Shown: piece by piece, positions 53,701 to 64,000 of the stretch | Layout: each line of letters begins with the position of its first letter | How positions within the stretch are numbered: the first letter of the stretch is position 1 | Assembly: GCA_051294375.1 (NCBI GenBank) | Contig: CM119266.1 | Location: 15,924,018 to 15,988,017 of the forward strand | DNA: 64,000 bases | Reading direction: 5' to 3' | Origin: Paraspadella gotoi | Lineage: Eukaryota > Animalia > Chaetognatha | Notes under the pieces: model-generated | Database searches by the model: none | Seen by the model: only the letters and a program-made list of their open reading frames with translations | Told to the model about the DNA's origin: nothing | Position numbers and translations under genes: made by a program

Positions 53701-56526
53701 GTGACAAGTAGCGCGCACTGGACAATGATGCTGGTTGGGACCTAAAAGTTGTCAACTATATATCTACAAGGCGCAGTGGCCAAGAGTTCTGGGTTAGAGC
53801 TATTCAATAGCCCTCGAAACGGCCTGTATTCATCAAAAAACCTTTGACAATCGACTGGAGTTTTCGATTCATTCTGAGCGTTTTGGCAAAAGAGCACGGG
53901 ACATCCTTCTCGATCCTCCACGACTGAAGGTCGAGGATTAAGGTCGAAGATCCCCGACAAATCGCCTTCTTTGCGAAAGCCTGACACGGACTCGATGTAA
54001 TCGGAAAAAAATATCGATTCGGTTCTGTGAATTTTTACGACTGACGTTCTTACAGACCCGTACGGGGCAAACAGGTTCGGTGCGTTCCATCGTCCGGGAA
54101 ACCGACGCCGGTCACTTTTGGCTCGACGAGGCGAGACGACGACGCCTGTGAGCTATACTTATACCAGCTCTGTGAAGAGAAATGGAGGAAGAGTTTGGTT
54201 GGAAATCGGTGTTTCTGAAGAAGGGATTGTCTCCGGTCGAACGGGAAGGATCGAGAGCGGAGAAAGCGTCGATGATTTTTCCAAGACTGTGGTGAGGACT
54301 CTTCAAAGCTTGTAACGACTTTGAGCCCACTTGCGTGCTTGAGTTCTCTTCGTCGCCTACGCTACTCCGAAACCGCTTCTTCGCCGCGTCGATCGTACGC
54401 GCGCGCCTTCACTCACGTGATCACACATGGAAGCTTCGGGAGAACGACGCCCGGGATCAACGGTCGCCTCGGTCTTTGAGTTTGGTCTATTCATCAACGG
54501 CTCGGCGGCCACGCGCATGTTTTTCGCATTGATAAGACTCAGGAAAGATCGAGACAAAGAAAAGTTTGGTAGGTTTTGAGGGGACAGTTTAAGCTGATGC
54601 CTCGAGTCAACGAAATCCATCCCCACGCGCATTGAGTTTAAATGGGGCGCGCAAGATCGCAGCGCCGAGTTGATCGTCAACAGCTGATTGACGATGAGCG
54701 AGGCTGGTGTCCGATTATGGAAAACGCCGGAGAAGTGGTGGGGCGAGCAGAGATGAATCTCAGTCCGCGAGTTGAGCGGAGTTGGGAAGCTGGTGGGCAT
54801 AGAAGTTATCAGGACAGGCGCTATTGGAGCCGAGGAGCAACGGGTCAATTGACTCCGGCGTCAAGCGAATGTCGGTCTTTTACGTCTTCAACTCCCCGAA
54901 CCTGAGTCGAATCGAAGACGCGAGCGACGTCAAGACCGTCATCGACGAGACAAAAGTCAGAGAGTTCTTGACGGCGCCTCGTCGGGAGCAGCCGGAGACG
55001 GAGAAATCTACGGCGCCCTCATGCCAGCTGGTGGAGAGGGAGATTTTTTAGAAGATTAAGAAAAGGGCGGACCACAATATTGGCCGATCATGGTAAGAGT
55101 TGATGATAAACTACTGATTGATATTTGATTAATTAATTGATTAATTTTGTATTTAAATGATGCATTGATTGATGATAATCGTTGATTGGTTTTAATTTTT
55201 TTTATCCTAACAAGCATTCTTTCGAGAAAAAAAACTTATTTTTTGAATTTGTATACAGATTTTTGCTTCATATAATTCAGGTTGGGTTAGACTTCGGCGA
55301 TTGCTTTTATTTCCTTCATTGGAACTCATCTTGGCCTGTCGAAATTTATAATGGATACATAATATAAATTAAGGATCAAACTATGCAAGATATCATGCGG
55401 CGGAAACTTTCTTCGCTTCTACAAAGAACAAGGTAAATAAGATATTTGAAAATATCGTTTGTTTTGAGTTATTCTATTTTTTATATTGTATGTAAATTCT
55501 TAATCACACGAATCCAACATAAATACAAATTGTAATGAAGAGAGAGATCGAGAGTAAAAACGCAAGAATATGTTGCGATAAGAGTAATACCGTTGGAAGT
55601 AAGATCGCAAAAGTTTTTAGGTTAAGATAATATTCATCCTAATGTAATGAATGTCTTCAAATGTCTTACAATCTTCAAGCTTCCGTCTTCCGTCTGCCGA
55701 TATCGGTTGCTGTTACCTCTCGACAACTTCTCGTAAATACGGAGCTCGAGCCGTCGCGTCCTAGATTGTCCTGAGGGCGGGCTGTCGTCGACGATTCGGG
55801 CCGTCGGCCTCCCGAAGAATTCCGTCTACTGCGTAAGTTCGTCGCTCTCCGATTCTGATCGACAACTGAATCGAATCATTTTCCCTTGAGACTTTGAACC
55901 TTACTTCGCAGTCGACGAGGAGAATCAGAACGAAATTGAGGAGATGGGGATCGGAGTTCGGGGATCCGGGTTGGTGATGGTTATGGGGTGTGTACGGTGC
56001 GGATTGCGGGGGATGTAATCGCTGTATTCGAGAGTGCCAGTATCAGTGGAATCATCCTGTGCTAAAATCATACTATCGATATCATCGATTATGATTATAC
56101 ATGGGTCTTTGGAGAATTTGATATTCATCCTACCCGTGAATACATGAGCAATTGGAGCATTCGTTATGTTTTATACGTAATTCTACTGATGCCTGTAACT
56201 ATACAGATATTGTATATGTTTTTTTGTTTTTGGCTTGTTATAACATATACTAAACGCTTACCGATAACACGGAGAATTCAAGGTAATTTACTTTGTTTCT
56301 TAAAAAAGAATTTGTAAGATTCGGATGATAGGCTATAAAAGCTATGAACAAAATTAAAAATACCAATTCCTTTTCCTCATCCCCAACTATTTTACGAATC
56401 CCGATCGCCCCGCGATTGCCTACCGGGAAAGAAAAAGATGCATTTCAGATCGAAAGGTGAAAAAGAAATGATAAGAATTTTTCGGTGAGAGAGAGAGAAG
56501 AAGAGAGAGAGAGAGAGAGAGAAGAA

Positions 56527-56584
<58 letters not shown>

Positions 56585-58481
56585 CTTTGGGAACCTGAAG
56601 ATGAGATAGGGTTATTAATGGAGACTGCGTTTTACCGGGATTCGTTGTAGAAATAGTTAAATCGAAGGAGGGGTTTGTTTAAGGTCGTCTTGATAAAAAA
56701 TATAATTATTTAAAAAATATATGAACATGAATGTATTTGGAGATTCATGGATAAATTGAGAATACTTCGTGGATTTGTTAATTCTCAGAAAACGATCAAT
56801 TTATAGCGAAAACGAAAAGCAAAAAGAATAAGATTTAATGAGAATTTCGTTTAATAAAAAAATCTTTGCATTCCGCGTCAGAACGCTTGAACGAAAAGGC
56901 AGGTTGAAAGGAAGTACGGAAAGGATCTTCGAAAGATGATAAAATCACTTTTACAAGTTCAGAGAGAAATTTCTTCGAAAAAGTAATTAAGTCCAGAATC
57001 GGTACGATGTTTTGTATATGAATTTTTCTCCGAAAGGTTGGTGTTTTCCTCCCTAACTAGGTTCTTTATGCAAAATTTCAAGTAAATTACTTAATTTATT
57101 GCGCTTAAGTCTTAATTAGTGAATTCATCGCTATTTAACGAAAAAAAAAATCCGAGGAAAAAATGAGTCATCGCTGAATGTTCCGCAGCTCCCCCGCTCT
57201 TCGAGGTCCGCCGTATTATTGTTCTATCGTCATGAATAATAAAGCTTTAAAAACGTCGAATTTTATAAGACTTAGTATGAAACTAAAGAGAGTTTTAAAA
57301 ACGAGCTCGGCGAGATTCGTATTTCTTTTACCTTTGTGCTTCCTTAGTTAGTAATTCGAATCCACCGGAACTCGTAACACTATAGTATCGGATATTTAAA
57401 AGATGATTTTACAAATATAAAAAAAAAAATTTAGTAAAAAATATTTGCGTGTGTTCGTTCGAAACTTTCTAATTGGGTTAAAATGTCGAGACGGATGTAA
57501 TATTGAACGGGGTTATTTATTTATTCGTTCACTTACTTAATACTTATTCGCTCTATGCGTATTCAGCATCACGAATTCAGGAATTCTGATTGAGTAGAGG
57601 ACAAACTTTCACTCCTTTTCCGTGTTAGCGCTCTTTTCCGGTTCGACTACGACTCGATAGTAGGTAGATATCGTATTGTTTTTTCGTATACCGATTTCTC
57701 TCTCATTAGACTATGAAGATTGTAATTGTTTGTTTAGAATGGAACGTTAGTGGTTGGGAGTATTTGAATAAGTATAAATAAAGGTTTTATAAATAATTAT
57801 TTTTAAAAAAAGCGAATTAAAAACTTTACCCGATTTGGGAATATCAAACCCGGGAGCCGTTGGTTACGGGTATCTCCTCTCTTTCTCAAATCCTCATTCT
57901 CTCTCTTCTCTCTCTCTCTCCCATCTCTCTCCTCTCTTCTCCTCCCACCGCTTAATTTTCTGGCTCCGATGCTTCACTGCCTGAGATGAACACTCGAAAA
58001 ACTCATTGTTCTCCCTTGCCTCTTGGTCTTCTTCGGGGGTCACACCGACCCTGGTCAGTCCTCGTTTCTTTCTTTCTTTTTTTCCTACTTTTCCTGCTAG
58101 CTTGCTGGCTTGTTTGCTTTCTTATATCTTTCGCTTTTTTTTTCGTTTCCTTTCTTCTTCTTTTCTTCTTCTTTCTTCTTTTGTCTTCTCATTTTTTTTT
58201 TTCTTTTTCTTTATTTCTTTCTTTCTTTCTTTCTCTTTTCTTTTCCTTTTTCATGTTTTTCATTTTGTTCTCATCGATTTTCAAAGGTGATTAAACTTTT
58301 CTTTTGGGCTTGCTTTTGTTTTCAACTCTCACAGAAACGTCTTTAACTAATTTTAAATTATTTCGGTATTCTCATATTCTCACACGAACGTCATGAAATT
58401 AAAGATAGAAGAGGGTAAAATGGCTCTGCCACCTTCCACTTACGCTTTCGGTCTTCCTTTCTCCGCGGATAATTCATGTAT

Positions 58482-58573
<92 letters not shown>

Positions 58574-58722
58574 AGAGAGAGACAGAGAGAGAATTTGAGA
58601 ATTTCATTTATTTCATCCGCCAGCCAGAAAAGTAATGTACTGCGCCCACCAGCCATTCTCGTGGTTTCCATCGGAAACCAGAGCGAACTCCATCGAAACG
58701 GCCGCCTTCTTCCTTCCCCTTT
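50701..58722 (+). repeat. Error-rich tandem copy of about 42440-50688 (cadherin EC4 to 3' flank), probably an unpolished long read
   Basis: Colinear with the first copy but with dense random 1-nt insertions and deletions in exon, intron and intergenic DNA alike. It becomes near-identical only in the last 400 nt or so. Confidence 0.92.
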
Positions 58723-58917
58723 ACCTCTTCTCTTCATCTCCCTCCCTTAATTCAATTCCCCCCCCCCCCTTCACCACAGGCCCGTGTTCGTCGGGTAGGT
58801 TCTGCCCTTGATTGGACTTTTCAATTTGGGCAAAGGCGCAATTCCCGGCTTGATTTTTGATTGACGATACATTGATGAACGCCCGAGCGCGTGGGAGGGG
58901 GGGTGGACAAGGTCTCT

Positions 58918-58995
<78 letters not shown>

Positions 58996-59110
58996 CGAAG
59001 GACTCCTTTTGTTGGTAGGCGGTTTTAGGTAATTGGGGAGCCAAACGCTGGCGAGGAAAGGAAGAAAGGAAAGAAAAGAAAAGAGAGAGAGTGAGAGATA
59101 GACAGAGACA

Positions 59111-59135
59111 NNNNNNNNNNNNNNNNNNNNNNNNN
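59111..59135. other. Assembly gap, 25 N
   Basis: Run of n. Confidence 0.99.
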
Positions 59136-59390
59136 GAGAGACAGAGAGACAGAGAGACAGAGAAGATAAGAATAAATTATCTAATAAAAGCCTTCTTCTA
59201 ATTATACCTGAAGGTCTGATCATAAATCGAACTCTCATTTTATCACTTTTTCTCTATTTATTAAGAACTTTCTTCGACATAAAGTTATTTGACTAAAAGC
59301 GACAACCCATTCACTAAGATTTTCTCACTATGAATTTCTTTCCTTGAGATACTTCCCGTTCTTGCTCAACCTTCTCAATTCACCCGTCTT

Positions 59391-59429
<39 letters not shown>

Positions 59430-59440
59430 TTACTCTCTCC

Positions 59441-59489
<49 letters not shown>

Positions 59490-59524
59490 CCTCGTCACCA
59501 GAGACTTGAAATTAATTCCAAGTG

Positions 59525-59588
59525 NNNNNNNNNNNNNNNNNNNNNNNNNNNNNNNNNNNNNNNNNNNNNNNNNNNNNNNNNNNNNNNN
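59525..59588. other. Assembly gap, 64 N
   Basis: Run of n. Confidence 0.99.
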
Positions 59589-60639
59589 AATTCTAAGGAT
59601 GATCATTTTACACCGAGAAAGAGAAAAGGAGATAGAGATAGAGGGAGAGAGGGAGAGAGGGAAGTCGCTCCTTCAACGCGATAACATCGCACATTCTTTC
59701 ATCCTTCGTCCGCGATGCTCTTTTTTTTTTCCTCTCAAGTCGAACTTTAGTTCAAAATTGTTCCGCTCTTATTTTTTAAAGCTTGAGATTAACAACTCGT
59801 GGGGAAAAGTGGCCAGAGCGGCGAATCCAACTCTCGCTAATTGCCGAGAAGATGAGAAGCGATCTTTTCAAAACACCCAGCGACATCGCCGTGCAAAGCT
59901 CTCGATTTCCCCCTCGTTAAAAATGAATAAACTCGGCCATCACTCCCTCTCCCTTTTTCCTTTTCCCCCCCTTTCCCCCTTTATCCGCACTCCTTGCCTC
60001 CCCCCCCTACAAACAAGGGAAAAGAAAAACGAACCTTCGGAGAAAAGCTGATCGAACTTTTTCCAAATCTCTAGGTCCCATTTTTCCGTCTCTCTTTATC
60101 TTTATTTGTATAAAGTTTCTCGAATAACCCGACAGGAGACTAGACGATATATAGTGGGCGAAGGGGGGAAAGAGAGGTGGCAGGGGTTGTCTTTTTGGAG
60201 GTGGTTGCTTAGGTGGAGAGACTGTGGCCGGGTAGGTTGCCTCCAAGCGATCGCAGACTCAACGCCTGTTTTTATAAATTTCTACAGAAGCAAATATTAA
60301 TTTACTATCGGGGGTCGTAATGTAATAACGGAAGTAAGTTTAAAAAACGTTTAAATCGATGAAAGGAACATCGAATGTCGAAGTATAGAAAAAAAAAGCC
60401 AAAAACTAATACCTCGATCCCAACTTGCTCTCATGGCGTGGTCGCTCCCTTGACGCGTCAATCTTCCCTTGGCGTGAATCCCCCCACTTCCCTTCCTTCT
60501 TGTCTGGCCAATTCGATCTCAACCTCTCGTTACCCAATCCACCGCTAACCCATCTCCCGGTCCCTACAGTCGCGTCCACCCAGTCTTAAAATCCCATCGG
60601 TTCCGAGAGAGATAGAGGAGAAGAGAAGAGTCAGAGAAT

Positions 60640-60674
<35 letters not shown>

Positions 60675-61297
60675 AGAGAGAGCAGAGAGATCGAGAGAGA
60701 GGATGTAGAGAGAGAGAGTAACTAAATGTTTGGATAAAATACGATATCGAGGTGTTTATTCTTTCTTTTCTATCCTCTCAGGATCAAAAACTAATTTTCT
60801 TAGCTTTTTTTTTAATTTTTTTTGCAAATTATAACCTGACGTTTTAAATTTTTACTGAGCAAGTCACAAGCCTCGTGTCATTTTAAGCACTTTTTGGAAC
60901 TCTTTGTCTGTCTGATCTGTTTGTGTTGCATTATCAGGTAAAAAAAAATATATTAGTAGATTAAAACAAACAAGCACTAATTAATTTTTTATGAGTTTCT
61001 GTGAATTGCTTTGATACGACTTTCCTCCCGAATTTATCCGCCCAAACACAACTCAAAATAACTGGAACGACGTTTGCGCGGCCGAGACTTCGCATCGCAT
61101 CCAAATCCGGCGAATCGGCCGACCGGAAAAATCCTTTGACCATGAAGATAATCGGATTCTCTGAGGCCGGAAAATTTGCCGGAAATCTGCCGGTGAAAAA
61201 ATAAAGGGTCAATCTCTGACGGTAGTTCAAAGTTAAAGAAGAACCGTTGCGTTACCCGCAATTCTCTCTCTCTCTCTCTTCCGTGACGGCAAATTAC

Positions 61298-61351
61298 ATG
61301 CAGCGGTTTCAAATTTCTTGGATGCGACCATGGTTGGAGTACTCGGAACGG
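61298..61351 (+). mobile_element. Possible relic of a hAT/ZMYM-type transposase TTF zinc-finger region
   Basis: The frame reads MQRFQISWMRPWLEYSER, resembling the R-F-x-x-S-W...WLEYS motif. The downstream FCxxC and the rest of a transposase are not visible. Confidence 0.3.
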
Positions 61352-62500
61352 AGGTGTTCTGGCGCCTGCACCGGGCTCCGGAGGAGGTCCCCCAATCGCC
61401 ACCGTAATAATTGAAAGCTCTATTTTATTATAATTACTTTTTTTCCATTTTTATTTCAGAAACCACATTTTTCATGATCCTTGATCGTTGCCTTGTTATA
61501 CTTCGAGATTTTTTCCCCTCTCTTTCATTTTTTTTTTTTTTTCTGCAGCCTTGGTCCCTGAATTCATCATTTTTAGGCACGAACAGCATATGTTAATGTT
61601 GTTACATGCTTTACTAACTTTTCGTCCAGAAAAATATGAACTTCATTTTTTTTTTTTTAAATAAATAAAAGCATTCTTATTCAATACGGAAATGACCAAG
61701 CGCAAAAAAAAAAATTAAACTTAAATTTAAATCTCGTGCAATTTTTTTTTTATTCACTCTTGCTCTTAATTCCATTTTCCTTCCACATTTTTTTTTCATC
61801 CCCGTTTTTTTCACGGACTTAATTATGAATTCTGATTGGGACATTTTTACCCCAAATGGGATTTGGGTGCGTGACTCGATTGTGAAGTAGAAGAGGAGAT
61901 AATTAGACATGACGTGATTTGATAAAAACACGATTCTGGTTCGGGATAATGGAAGAAAAATACCAAACGCCCTCTCTGGTTCTCTCTCTCTCTTTCTCTC
62001 TCTCTATCTCTCTCTTTTTTTTTTCATTAGGTTTTAGAATTGAATCAATATTGAGATCGTAAAGTGATGTATTGTAAGCGTAAAAATTTTAAAGAACCTA
62101 TCATTTGCATTGTACGAGACAGAAGTATAGACCAAAAAAAGAAAAAAAACTTGACTCGACTTGGAACAGGTGGAGACTTTAAATTTAACCGCTCGCGCCC
62201 CGTCACCTGACATTCTCCAAAAAGATGTTCAAAAGAACCTAAAAAAAAAGATGAAAGGTTTTTCGTCTGCTCGTGTGACAGCTCAATTTTCTTCCCTCGG
62301 ATCTCACCTCGTTTCGTCTACGGTCGCCCCCCCCGCGGTTTCGCCGCCCGCCCCCGTTCCCGCACTTTCACTACCCCTTATTGTGAGCCCCACCCACTTC
62401 TAACGTCCGTGTCGCACCTTTGGCGACGAGACCAACTCGATATTTCACTCATTTCTCTCTCTCTCTCTCCTCTTCTCTTCTCTCTTCTCTCTCATCTCTC

Positions 62501-62536
<36 letters not shown>

Positions 62537-62723
62537 GCCCCCCCTCGCTCGTGAATCACGTGGACGGTGAGACAAGATTTTCACTTTCCACGTTTCACTG
62601 CCTTTCAATTTTTTTCCGGTTTTGTGACGGGAGGCGGTGATCGTGAAGGAAGAAAGAACCAACGCGAAGTAAGTTTTCTCTCGAGAGGTGACCCGCTCTT
62701 CGTTTCGAGGTGACTCAGTGGGA

Positions 62724-62815
<92 letters not shown>

Positions 62816-64000
62816 GTAAAGGATAACTAGGCGGGGAAAAAATTCCAGAAAAATTTGTGATAATTTATTTGGAAAAAGAATAACTTAAAATAAAATTATT
62901 TTATTATTAGATTGAAAAATTGATATTTGATTATTTTAAAGAGAAGAGTAGACAAAAAAAGAGAGAGAAGTGATAAAGAGAAGTGGGAAGGAGCGGAGGG
63001 GTAGTAAGAAGTTGGGGGAGGGAAATCGTTTTGCCTCGGGGGCCTCGCCGTGTTCCTGACTCCAAGGTAGTCGTTCCTCGAAGTCATCATATTCTCCAAC
63101 CGAAAAGTAAGAGAAAAAAAGGGAAGAATGAAAAAAAGGGACAAGGGAAACAACCGACCGCAGATTCTCATTACGGTGTATCATCGTGGGGAAAAAGAAA
63201 AAAAAAAGTAAATTCAATTGTTGTTTCATTTCGTGCATAATTCAAGCTAAATTTTCGTCGCATACCGGCTGACCCCCGCGGAAAATCTTCTCTCTTTCAA
63301 AAAACAAAATTTCGGAAACAAACTCTTGATGAACTCGCAAACTTGGCGTTCCGCTTTTTTCTCTCGAACTCGTGAATGATTTCGGTTTGTCCAAAAACAC
63401 AACAAGCACAAGCACACGAAAGGATACACACCTCTTCACATCCACAACAAAAGGATTTAGATCAGTTTCCTTCAGTACAGAGACGGTCCTCTTTATCTAA
63501 ATTTTGAATATTTATTATCTCAATAGAATGATCCGTTTATTTTACGATTCCAATGAAGATTATATAAGATAAAAATGGTCACATCTAGACATTTTGTTTT
63601 CATTTATTTTGTGTTAAAATTAATAAAAGTGAAGTAATACGAAGTGAACTTTTTCCCATTCTTTTAGTCAATGATGCCAGTAAAAAGGAATTATAAAAGG
63701 ACACTCAAGTCCAGATGTGTTTGAAAAACGACTTTAAGGTATAAGGTTTAAAGGCCCAAACTCTGGATTTTTGGAGGTAGTGTCAAAGATTTTGAAAGAG
63801 TTGGAAAAGATCGGAAAGATATTAGTTCCGAAGGCCGCGGAGAAGGCGTGGTGATCGGTGTGTCTGCCGGCAGGGAGTGATTAAATTAAATTCAGCATTC
63901 TCTTTCGGTTTTTAATTGGTCGAACACAGACTCTTGTTTTGCATTAAGTAATAATGAAATAATTTTAATCAAAACTTGAATACGAGCATTCTCTCCTCTC

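Overview
Eukaryotic (invertebrate animal) genomic DNA with short AT-rich GT-AG introns and abundant (GA)n microsatellites. There are no prokaryotic features and no CRISPR, rRNA or credible tRNA genes. By manual splicing I find eight genes: (1) a two-exon secreted 8-Cys peptide that the ORF track shows only in part (1045-1401, +); (2-4) three tandem, unusually compact DEG/ENaC channel subunits convergent with it (1906-6300, -); (5) a secreted C-type lectin-EGFx3-vWA protein (18881-20901, +); (6-7) two tandem F-type lectin paralogs with identical exon structure, one with a perfect fucose-binding motif and one degenerate (22848-25436, -); (8) a 2069-aa PCDH15/Cad99C-type cadherin with 16 rather than 11 EC repeats (40514-47714, +). 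About 16 kb is probably assembly artefact. One part is an 8.3-kb inverted duplication (6598-14939 / 15075-23461) beside a 25-N gap. The other is an 8-kb indel-riddled tandem copy of the cadherin 3' region (50701-58722), which starts right after what looks like a PacBio adapter remnant. A tRNA-derived SINE lies inside a candidate non-autonomous TIR element (32041-34393). The best candidate for a new system is the knottin-like peptide next to the three mini DEG/ENaC subunits; any functional link between them is inference only.
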